From positions 1 to 51,317 of the forward strand of contig JANNXA010000005.1 of the NCBI GenBank assembly GCA_031409275.1: 51,317 nucleotides of DNA. The letters are read 5' to 3'. Of the stretch, positions 9,520 through 18,178 are shown in pieces (the stretch's first letter is position 1; every line of letters begins with the position of its first letter). This DNA is from Planctomycetota bacterium (GTDB lineage: Bacteria > Planctomycetota > B15-G4 > SIAN01). The translations under genes and the position numbers were made by a program. A model generated the notes under the pieces. It was not told the DNA's origin. It worked only from the letters and a program-made list of their open reading frames with translations, and searched no databases.

Positions 9520-12354
9520 TCACTCGAGCGTCAGCACCTCGCTCTGCGAATCGACGAGCTTGCCGCTCCAGCCGATCGCGTAGCCGCGGAACTGCCACGT
9601 TTGGCCGGCGAGGCCGGGCGGAACGGTGGCGTCGAGCGCGAGCTCTCGCGCCGCGTCGAGCACGCCGAACGCGACGAACTGCCCGATGGGCAACCCGTTG
9701 ATCGACTCGAGCAGGAGGGCGGCGGGGAGGCCGCTCGGGCCGCCGCGAATCGCCGCTGCGACCGTGGCGCCGGCGGGGGCGCGCTCGGGCGCGATCTCGA
9801 GGTAGAGATCGTCGAGTTCGTGCAGCGCGAAGCGGCCGCTGCGATCGCCGTGGAGCGCGTCGGCGGCATCGATCGACACGAGCCACGGGCCGTCGGCTCG
9901 CGGTGCGGCGCTCGGCAGCCACGCCGGCGGCGCGGCTGCGAGCCAAGCCGGGTCGTAGGCGAATCCCTCGGCGTGGATCGTCCGCAGCAGCGCGCCGTCA
10001 CGGCCGGAGCGCAGCTCGACGCGCGCGCTCCTCACCCCAGGCTCGCCGGGAACGGCGATCGCCAAGTCACCGCACCCGTCTCCGTCGCAATCGGGCAGCG
10101 CCGCCATCGAGCGGCCGTAGTACTCGTTCGGAGTGCTGCCGTGAATCGACTTGTAGATGCCCCCGTTCTTGCCGAGGAGGAAATCGACTCGGCCGGTGAA
10201 GTTGTTGAACCACGTCTCGGCCGCGACTGCGAGCTCAGGAATGCCGTCGCCATCCTGGTCGCCGAGCGCGATCACCTGGCTGCCGAAGTGGTCAAGGTCC
10301 GCCTTGCTCTCGATCGTGCGCAGCTCCCTCCCGTCGACGCCGGAGACGAAGATGACGCGACCCGAATCAGCGACGGTCGGCCAGTTCTGGTGGTAGCGGG
10401 GGGCGCCGAACACCCAGTCGATGACGCCGTCGCCGTTGAGATCACCCGCAGCGGCGATCGCCGAGCCGAGTTCCTCGCCGTCGCTAAAGTTCGAGTTACC
10501 GTCCACGTGGAAGACACGCTTGCCGGTCGCTGCGTCGTGCACGTCGACGCGGCCGGCGTGATCGTAGAGGGTGTAGACCGCTCGATCGGGTGCTCCGATG
10601 GCCACGTGCACCGCGCCGCTCGGTTGCGCCGCCATGGCGACCGCCTGCCCGAAACGGACGTTGCTGGCGTTGGACGTGAACGTGCGCTGCAGCGACAGGT
10701 CGGCGCCGGAACGGATCTCGACCACCTCGAGGAACGGGTCGGGGGCGTAGCCGATGAGGAACTCGGCCCACCAAGCGACGCCGCTGACGGCGAGGTCAGT
10801 GATGCCATCGCCGCTGACGTCGGGCAACGCCACGATCCGGCCCATCAGCCCGGCGTCGGGCTCGCGCCGCAGCTCGCGGCCATCGCCGCCGGCGCGCATC
10901 ACGAGGTCGCGCTGCACGTCGACGACGTCCCATTCCGACTCCGACTCGGTCGTGACCAGCTCGGGCAGTCCGTCGCCATCCTGGTCGTCGACGAACGCGA
11001 CGCCACCGCGCCATTCGGGGTCGTCCGCGATGCCCTCGAGCGCGAAGTGCGTGGCGTCATCGGCGAGCGAGCGCACCTGCACGCTGCCGGTGATGCGCGT
11101 CCCGGACGGGACCGGCAGGCTGCCGAGCAGCAGCTCGGGCACGCCGTCGCCGTCGAGGTCCCCGCCCGCCGCCAGCGACTGCGCGAAGCTCTGCTGGCCG
11201 GGCGCGTCGTCGACCACGCGCAGCAGCTCGCTGCCGTCGCGGCCGGAGCGGATCGAGACGAGGTCGCCCGTCGCGTCGAGGACCGTCATGGCCAGGTCGG
11301 CGCGGCCGTCGAGATCGACATCGCCGACGCCGGCGCAGAGCGTGCCGAGCTCGCCGCTGGTGGGGGCGAGGAAGGTGTGCAGCGTCGCACCCGTCGCGCC
11401 CGACACCACGTGCGCGCGTCCGGACGTGCTGCTGCCGGTGGTGCGCGGCGCCGAGATCAGCAGGTCGGGAAGGGCGTCGCCGTCCACGTCGCCCGCGCCG
11501 GCGACGCAGAGCGATTGGGTGGCTGACCAGGTCGAGAGCAGGACGGTCGCGTGCAGCAGCGACTGGCGCGTGGCGCCCGACCAGACCTCGACGTTGCAGT
11601 TGGGCTTGCTGCTGCTCAGCGTCTTCACGGTCTCGGCGGTGAGGAGATCGCCGATGCCGTCGCCATCGAGGTCGCCGAGCGATGCGATGCGCCGCGCGTC
11701 GCCGAAGCGCGTCTCATGGGAGGTGCCGGTCACGCTGCCGAGCACGGCTCGCGTCGCGCCCGAGTAGAAGTCGACGCGGCCCTTGACCCCCGAGCCGACG
11801 AAGCTCGGGATGCCGACGGCGAAGTCGTCGACGCCGTCGCCGTCGAGGTCGCCCAGCCCCGCGAGCGAGGCGCCGAAGTGGTCGCCGCCGGTCGCGACGC
11901 CGCGCAGCTCGAAGAGCTCGGCTCCGCTCGCGCTCGAGCAGGCGATCACCGCGTCGGCGACCTGCGTTGCGTCCTGCGGCGCCCCGATCAGCAGATCGTC
12001 GTGCCCGTCGCCGTCGAGGTCGCCCGCGTTCGCCAGCACGGCGCCGTAGTTCGCGCGCGTGGCGTGGCTCCACTCGCGCAACGTCGCGCCGTCGTCTCCG
12101 GAGCAGAGCCGCACCGCACGGGTCGTCGGCTGGTAGACGCCGCCGGCCGGCAGCAGAACCATCGCGAAGTCGCGCACGCCGTCGCCGTCCAGATCGTCGA
12201 GCCAGCAGAGGTTGCTGCCGACGATCTGCCGGCGCCCCTCCTGGTCGATCGTCCAGCGCTCCTGCTGGGCGGGCAGCAGCGTCGGCAGCAAGGCCGCGGC
12301 GGCGAGACTGGAGACGATCCGGATCGTGAGGCCAAGCGTGGCAGCGGGGCGCAT
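9520..12354 (-). CDS. Secreted FG-GAP/integrin-alpha repeat protein (double propeller) with conserved C-terminal domain
   Basis: GAGGAG before MRPAATLG; signal peptide ending ..PA/QQ; many GDLDGDG..D...GAP repeats; ends GKLVDSQSEVLTLE. Confidence 0.88.
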   Translation of the reverse strand: MRPAATLGLTIRIVSSLAAAALLPTLLPAQQERWTIDQEGRRQIVGSNLCWLDDLDGDGVRDFAMVLLPAGGVYQPTTRAVRLCSGDDGATLREWSHATRANYGAVLANAGDLDGDGHDDLLIGAPQDATQVADAVIACSSASGAELFELRGVATGGDHFGASLAGLGDLDGDGVDDFAVGIPSFVGSGVKGRVDFYSGATRAVLGSVTGTSHETRFGDARRIASLGDLDGDGIGDLLTAETVKTLSSSKPNCNVEVWSGATRQSLLHATVLLSTWSATQSLCVAGAGDVDGDALPDLLISAPRTTGSSTSGRAHVVSGATGATLHTFLAPTSGELGTLCAGVGDVDLDGRADLAMTVLDATGDLVSIRSGRDGSELLRVVDDAPGQQSFAQSLAAGGDLDGDGVPELLLGSLPVPSGTRITGSVQVRSLADDATHFALEGIADDPEWRGGVAFVDDQDGDGLPELVTTESESEWDVVDVQRDLVMRAGGDGRELRREPDAGLMGRIVALPDVSGDGITDLAVSGVAWWAEFLIGYAPDPFLEVVEIRSGADLSLQRTFTSNASNVRFGQAVAMAAQPSGAVHVAIGAPDRAVYTLYDHAGRVDVHDAATGKRVFHVDGNSNFSDGEELGSAIAAAGDLNGDGVIDWVFGAPRYHQNWPTVADSGRVIFVSGVDGRELRTIESKADLDHFGSQVIALGDQDGDGIPELAVAAETWFNNFTGRVDFLLGKNGGIYKSIHGSTPNEYYGRSMAALPDCDGDGCGDLAIAVPGEPGVRSARVELRSGRDGALLRTIHAEGFAYDPAWLAAAPPAWLPSAAPRADGPWLVSIDAADALHGDRSGRFALHELDDLYLEIAPERAPAGATVAAAIRGGPSGLPAALLLESINGLPIGQFVAFGVLDAARELALDATVPPGLAGQTWQFRGYAIGWSGKLVDSQSEVLTLE

Positions 12355-12583
12355 CGGCAGCTCCTCGTTCCTGAGTTCCTGCGGCGACAAGGTAGCCCCG
12401 AACGCGATCCTCGCCATGGCGCGCGCGACGTTCCGTGCCCGGAACTGTCACGATCGGGGCGCTCCGACGCCCCCGCTCTCAGTCCGCCAACTTCAGGCGC
12501 AGGGTCGCTGCGACGACTTCTCGCACGATCGATGCGACCTGCTCGCGCTCCATGGCGCGGGGGGATAGCGCGCACGCCTCCGC

Positions 12584-15205
12584 CTACTGCAGCCGGACCA
12601 TCCGCACGGCGCCGGGCGCGAGGAACGCCGTGACGGTGAGTTGCAGCGCATCCTGCGTGAAGGCGAGCGGCTGGCCGCTGATCGCGTCGGTGACCGCGCT
12701 GATCGAGCCGAGCGAGAGCGCTGTCTTGTCGATGGTCAGCGTGGCGTTGCGGCCGATCGCGCCGTCGTTCATCAGCGTGAAGAGCGGCAGAGCGCCGCTC
12801 GCCAAGCCGCCGCCGAAGCGCTCGCAAAGCAGTTCACGATGCGAGGTGGTGGCGTGGGTCACTGGCTGCCAGCCGGCGAGGTCGAGCTCGCGCACCAGCG
12901 GGACATAGTGGACGAAGAGGTCGCGGTCGCGCTCGTAGAGCGTCGCGTCCTCGAAGTAGGGGAAGCTCGACGCGTCGACCGAGAAGCAGCTCGCGAAGTG
13001 GCCGTAGAAGAGGCAGCGCGCGAAGTAGCGCTTCATCTCCGCGTGGTCGAACTGCGTGAAGTCGGTGTTCTGCAGGATGCAGAACGGGCGGCGGAACGCG
13101 GCGACGCGTCGCCACAGCAATGCCGCATCGCTTTCGGGCGCGGCGCCCCAGTTCGACTCGATGCCGAGGTAGTCGAAGTGGAGCGCACACGCGCGCACGC
13201 TCGGATCGAGGGCGTTGCCCATCAGCAGACGACCCGCGCCGCGCTCGCGTACCGCATGCGCCGCAGCGACGGCGGCGACTTGCGAGGGTGGCCAGAGCGC
13301 GACTGCGTGGTTCGCTCGCGACCAGGTGAGCGGCGTGCGAGTGGTGGCCCAGCGGTCGCGACGCAGGTCGAGCGAGTCGGCGAAGTAGGTCGTGCAGGAG
13401 TCGATGTAGGCGCCTTCGAGCGTCGCGCCTTGCGTTTCTGCTGCCGCCGCCGAGGCGTCGATGATCGCGGCGAAATGGTCGAACGGCGCGCTCCAACCGC
13501 GGCCCAGCGGATCGACGAGGCCGAGTTCGGGATTGAGGGAGACGAGGCAGCTCCAGCCGCTGCCGGAAACCCACGGCCGGTTCAGGATCTTGTGCAGCAG
13601 CGCTCCGCTGCCATCGCGCGCGCCGCCGACGTCGATCGCGCGCGCGAGGTCGACCACGGCGGGCGTGAAACCGATGCCGCTTTGTTGCGCCGCGATGCGA
13701 GTGAGGGCATCGGCGTAGGTCGGCTGCGTCGCGAAGTCGCCGAGGTCGACCCAATCGTCCCACGGCTCGACGTAGCAGAACGACGCGACCTTCAGCGCAT
13801 CGTCGGTCGCGACGGCGTTGTCCCCCTCGTGGACGGCGAATCCGAAGTCGGCGACGTTGGGAATCGTGGCGGGGTCGGTGAAGGCGATCCAGGTGCCGGC
13901 AACGCCGAATCGCCGTTCCGCGTAGCTCGGGAAGAGGTGCGCCATCTGCGCGAGCCCGCGACGCAAGGGCCATTGCGGGTCGCTGCCAGCGAGGAACAGC
14001 GTGACGCGTGCGCGCGCCGGTCCAGCGGCGGTGGTCGTCGCGAGGCCGAGCGGGAACGACAACACGAGGCCGCCGCCCGGTTCCGTGGTCGCGCGCAGCC
14101 GCGACGGCGTCGGATCGCCAGGCGGAACGCCGAAGACGAGCGCGGGGGCGCGGCTCGTCGAAGTCGGCGGCGGACCGGCCAGCGCGATCAGCGGGTAGCT
14201 CGCGAGCTTCCCCTCGCCAAATGGCAGCCCCCCGACCGCCCATTCGCGCGTTTGGAATTCGGCGTAGAGATTCGTGAGCGCGAGCTGCGTCGTCGCGCGC
14301 GGCTCGACTTGCAGGGTCGCGTCGCGAAACGAGAGTGGTGCCACCATCTCGACCTGCAGCGCGCGATCGTTGCCGCTCCGGTTGATGAGGTCGGCGCTGC
14401 CGATCAGGCCGTGAGCTTCACCGTGCCACTCGACGTCGACGTCGAGTTGGAGCGCGTCGAGCGTGGTGCGCTGCCGTGCGAAGCGGCGCCCCGGATCGGC
14501 CTGCAGCGCTCCATCCACGCGTGCGCGCACGCTCGCATCGGGGGCGACGACGCGTGCCGCATCGATCCAGCACGAGCCGCCCTCGAGCTTCTGCCACGCG
14601 GCGATCAGCCAGCGCGCATTCGCCGGCGCCTGAACGATGCGACCGAACGAAGCGAAGCCTGCGTTGGCCGGTTCCGAGTCGCCGAGCAGCACTCCGCGCG
14701 ACTGACCATTGGAGTCGAGCCAGAAGGCCACGATGCGCGCCGCCGCACCGCGGCGCGACGCCGCGATCAGCAGCTCCTCGCCTTCGGTCACGGCGATGGC
14801 CGGCGCTTCGATCGCCTCGCCGCCGCTGCCATCGAGGCGCACGCTGCGAGCGCCGTCGCTCGCGCTCGTCGCGTCCCAGGTCGCGCTGCCGCCGCTGCCC
14901 CAGAAGTCGACGAAGAGGAAGCCGTCCGGCCAGAGGTCGCCGTTCACGTCCTGCTCGAACGAACCGTTGGCGACGCGATTGCTCTCGCCGAGGATGGGGG
15001 TGAGCAGGGCGGCGACGTCGGTGATGAAGAGTCCGCCACCGCTCGTCAGTTCGAAGCGGCGACGCGCCTGCTCGACCCGCGCGAAGCGGCCATCGGCCGT
15101 GAATCCGACTTCGAGTCGATCGCCGGAACGGACGGCACCGACTTCGACGCCGCCGCGCTCCTGCACGAACGTTGCAGCGAAGAGCGTGGCGAGTGGAAGT
15201 CCCAT
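12584..15205 (-). CDS. Hypothetical carbohydrate-active protein: CBM4/9-like module + putative glycoside hydrolase-like barrel
   Basis: NRVANGSFE...W.....DGARSVRL...WIDAA is CBM4_9-like; YVEPW, GAYIDS, LMGN and YLGIE resemble barrel strand ends; beta-rich C-terminal domain. Confidence 0.5.
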   Translation of the reverse strand: MGLPLATLFAATFVQERGGVEVGAVRSGDRLEVGFTADGRFARVEQARRRFELTSGGGLFITDVAALLTPILGESNRVANGSFEQDVNGDLWPDGFLFVDFWGSGGSATWDATSASDGARSVRLDGSGGEAIEAPAIAVTEGEELLIAASRRGAAARIVAFWLDSNGQSRGVLLGDSEPANAGFASFGRIVQAPANARWLIAAWQKLEGGSCWIDAARVVAPDASVRARVDGALQADPGRRFARQRTTLDALQLDVDVEWHGEAHGLIGSADLINRSGNDRALQVEMVAPLSFRDATLQVEPRATTQLALTNLYAEFQTREWAVGGLPFGEGKLASYPLIALAGPPPTSTSRAPALVFGVPPGDPTPSRLRATTEPGGGLVLSFPLGLATTTAAGPARARVTLFLAGSDPQWPLRRGLAQMAHLFPSYAERRFGVAGTWIAFTDPATIPNVADFGFAVHEGDNAVATDDALKVASFCYVEPWDDWVDLGDFATQPTYADALTRIAAQQSGIGFTPAVVDLARAIDVGGARDGSGALLHKILNRPWVSGSGWSCLVSLNPELGLVDPLGRGWSAPFDHFAAIIDASAAAAETQGATLEGAYIDSCTTYFADSLDLRRDRWATTRTPLTWSRANHAVALWPPSQVAAVAAAHAVRERGAGRLLMGNALDPSVRACALHFDYLGIESNWGAAPESDAALLWRRVAAFRRPFCILQNTDFTQFDHAEMKRYFARCLFYGHFASCFSVDASSFPYFEDATLYERDRDLFVHYVPLVRELDLAGWQPVTHATTSHRELLCERFGGGLASGALPLFTLMNDGAIGRNATLTIDKTALSLGSISAVTDAISGQPLAFTQDALQLTVTAFLAPGAVRMVRLQ

Positions 15206-15287
15206 GGCAGAGGACGATAGGCCGCGCGTTGCAGGCGCGCGAGGCGGCAGCGAGGGCGCCCGCGAGGGGCACCCCCGCCGCCGTTGC

Positions 15288-17969
15288 TCACTCGAAGTGC
15301 AGCGTCTGCTCCGGCGAGTCGACGATGCTGCCGCCGAAGCCGATGCCGTAGCCTTGCAGCGTCATCGTGGTGCCGGCGAGCCCCGGCGGCACCAGGTCGA
15401 CCACGAAATAGGCACCGAAGACGTCGAACGTCCCGATCCCGAGCCAGCGCAACACCGGTGCTCCGTTCACGTCGAGCAGGAGGATGCCGCTCACGTTGCC
15501 GGTCGGGCCGCCGCGCAGGCGAGCGAAGACGGTCGCTCCCGAACGCGCGACGCTCGGCTCGAACTGCAGCAACAGATCGTCGAGCACGGTCAACCACGCT
15601 TGACCGGCACCGCCCGCCAACGAGGGGTCGGTGGCGATCACATCGGGGATCGCGTCGCCATCGATCGACGCCGCCTGCCACTCCTGCGCCACCGCGAGCT
15701 GCGCGGTTGCAGTCGACCCGCGCAGCTTCGCGAGGATGCCTGCCGTCGCGCCCGACCGCAGTTCGAGTCGCGCCGGCTTCGAACCGGCGGCGATCCACTC
15801 GCCGATGCCATCGCCATTCACGTCGGCGATCGGCGTGAGCGTGGCGCCGAAGCGATCGTTCGCGCCGCTGCCGGCGACGGTGCTGACGGGCAGCCAGCTC
15901 CCGCCTTGGAAGAGACGCACTTCGCCCATCGATCCGCCGGCGCCGAGCGCGGTGACGGCGAGCTCGCTGATGCCATCGCCATCGAGGTCGCCGACCGCGG
16001 CGACACTCTCGCCGAGGCGATCGCCGGCCACGCCGAACAGCGCCTTCAGTTGGCCACCGGCCACGCCGGAGACGATCGTGACGCGGCCGGCATCGAGGCC
16101 GCCGCTGCCGTTGTGCGGCGCACCGAACGCCCAGTCGCCGACGCCGTCGTTGTTGACGTCACCGAGGAAGGCGACCGAGGTTCCGAGCTGCTCGCCGTTC
16201 CAGTTGCCCGCCTTCTGGAAGACCACGGCACCGGTGGCGAGGTTGACGACGGTCACTTCACCGATGCCGTTCTTGGACTTGTTGGTGAGTGGCGCCGCGA
16301 TGGCCAGCTCGACGGCTCCGCTGCCCTGCACGCCGACGGCCAACACGGAACCGAAGCCAGTCATCGAACCGAAGCCGTTGCTGAACCGTCGCAGCAGCGA
16401 GTTGCTGGCGCTGCCGCGCACCTCGACCGCGGGGCCGAGCGTTTGCACGCTGAGGCCGACCGCGTAGTCGTCGTGCCCGTCACCGTCCTGATCGGGCAGC
16501 GCCACCAGCGCTCCGTCAGCCGCCTCGCCGACAGGGTTGGAGGCGAGCTCGCTGCCGTCGCGGCCGCTGATCACCCGCACCGATTCGGTGAGGAAGTTCG
16601 GCGTCAGGCGGTTCTGCGCGGCGAAGTCGCGGAAGCCGTCGCCATCGACGTCGTCGAGCAGCGTCACCGCGCCGTTGAATCGTTCGACCTGCGCGTCGCC
16701 GAACTGGCGGGCGATGAGGCTGCCGCTCGGCCAGCGGGCGAGGCGCAGCTCGCCGGTCTCGAGCGCATTCAGATTCGCTGAGGAGTCGCCGACCGCGAAG
16801 TCGGCGACGCCGTCGCCGTCGTAGTCGTCACCGGCCAACAGGGCGCGACCAAACAGGCTCAGCGGCGTGCCGCGCAGCGTTCCGAGCGTTGCTCCGTTGG
16901 CGCTGCTGCAGAGGAAGAGGTTCGGCTGCGGACCGGAGAAGGCGTCGGCGGTCGTGCTGATCGTGAGGTCGTTGCGCGCGTCGCCGTCCGCATCGGGCGT
17001 GACGTTCGCGAAGAACCAGCGCGGGTGGTCGCCGAGGTCGATGCGCAGGATCTCGTTGCCGTTGGCGCCCGAGAGCAGCCATGCGCGGCCAGACGAGATC
17101 GGATCGACGGGGAGGCTGCCGACCACGAAGTCGCGCGTGCCGTCACTGTTGACGTCGCCAAGTCCCGCGATCGAGGAGGGGAGGTAGTCGAGGTAGTCGC
17201 CCTGATTCCATGCGACCGAGAGGAGTTCGAGTCCCGTCGCGCCCGAGAGGAGGCGCGCGACGCCGCGCGGCACCCCCGCGAAGAGGTCGACGTCGAGCAG
17301 CGCGAGTTCATCGAGCCCGTCGCCGTCGAGGTCGCCAAAGTTCGCCATGCGGTCGAGGCCACCGACGTGCGCGAGCGGGTCGCGGCCGTCGTGGCGGCGC
17401 AGCTCGTTGCCGCTGGCACCGGAGTAGACGTGGACCACGCCGACGCGAACGCCGCCGACATCCTCATCGGGCGCGCCGACGGCGAGATCGCCGTGGCCGT
17501 CACCGTCGAGATCGCCGAGGCCAACGGCGCTAGCGCCGAGTCGCGCGAGCGGATCGGTCGCGAGCCACTGCAGCAAGAGAACGCCAGTGGCACCGGAATA
17601 GACGCGCGCGGCGCCGGCGAGCGGCGCGCCTACGAAGAGGTCGGTCACGCCGTCCGCATCGACGTCGCCGGCGTCGGCGACGGCGGCGCCGAAGTCCTCG
17701 CCCGGATTCCCGTCGAGCGATCGCAGCAGCGAGAGGTCGCGACCCGACAGCACGCGTGCGCTGCCGAGGGACACGCCGTTCTGTGTGGTCGGCACGCCAG
17801 CCAGAAGGTCGGGAGTGCCATCGCCATCGAGGTCGGGCAACTTCGCGAGCGCGTGGCCGAGCGCGACCGCGCGATCGATGCCGTCGACTTGCCACACCTC
17901 CTGTTGGGCGGTGGCGCTGGCGGCGATCAGCCACGGCGCGATGCGCCTGATCGAATCTCTCCTGGCCAT
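15288..17969 (-). CDS. Secreted FG-GAP repeat protein (double propeller) with conserved C-terminal domain
   Basis: GAGGAG SD; signal peptide ..ATA/QQ; DxDGDG repeats; ends GSIVDSPEQTLHFE. Confidence 0.88.
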   Translation of the reverse strand: MARRDSIRRIAPWLIAASATAQQEVWQVDGIDRAVALGHALAKLPDLDGDGTPDLLAGVPTTQNGVSLGSARVLSGRDLSLLRSLDGNPGEDFGAAVADAGDVDADGVTDLFVGAPLAGAARVYSGATGVLLLQWLATDPLARLGASAVGLGDLDGDGHGDLAVGAPDEDVGGVRVGVVHVYSGASGNELRRHDGRDPLAHVGGLDRMANFGDLDGDGLDELALLDVDLFAGVPRGVARLLSGATGLELLSVAWNQGDYLDYLPSSIAGLGDVNSDGTRDFVVGSLPVDPISSGRAWLLSGANGNEILRIDLGDHPRWFFANVTPDADGDARNDLTISTTADAFSGPQPNLFLCSSANGATLGTLRGTPLSLFGRALLAGDDYDGDGVADFAVGDSSANLNALETGELRLARWPSGSLIARQFGDAQVERFNGAVTLLDDVDGDGFRDFAAQNRLTPNFLTESVRVISGRDGSELASNPVGEAADGALVALPDQDGDGHDDYAVGLSVQTLGPAVEVRGSASNSLLRRFSNGFGSMTGFGSVLAVGVQGSGAVELAIAAPLTNKSKNGIGEVTVVNLATGAVVFQKAGNWNGEQLGTSVAFLGDVNNDGVGDWAFGAPHNGSGGLDAGRVTIVSGVAGGQLKALFGVAGDRLGESVAAVGDLDGDGISELAVTALGAGGSMGEVRLFQGGSWLPVSTVAGSGANDRFGATLTPIADVNGDGIGEWIAAGSKPARLELRSGATAGILAKLRGSTATAQLAVAQEWQAASIDGDAIPDVIATDPSLAGGAGQAWLTVLDDLLLQFEPSVARSGATVFARLRGGPTGNVSGILLLDVNGAPVLRWLGIGTFDVFGAYFVVDLVPPGLAGTTMTLQGYGIGFGGSIVDSPEQTLHFE

Positions 17970-18012
17970 CGACGGTCTCCTCGAGGCTTCTTTGGGGGGA
18001 CGGACGCTCGGT

Positions 18013-18040
18013 CAGACGGATCTGAGCCCGGAGAGGTTCC
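18013..18040 (-). promoter_or_regulatory. Putative ECF-sigma-type promoter GGAACC-N16-CGTCTG
   Basis: Minus strand reads GGAACC tctccgggctcagatc CGTCTG, about 44 nt upstream of the 17969 start. It matches the general GGAAC/CGTC ECF pattern. Confidence 0.4.
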
Positions 18041-18178
18041 GAGCGCGTCCAAGCTTGCGCCCGCTTGCGCTGGAGCGCGAGCCCCGGCGCCGAATCGTGA
18101 CAAGTGGGGGCGTGAAAACAGGTGGCGGGGATCTTTCCTCCACTCCGCCGAGCGGTCGCGGCTTTCGGAGGCACCGCC

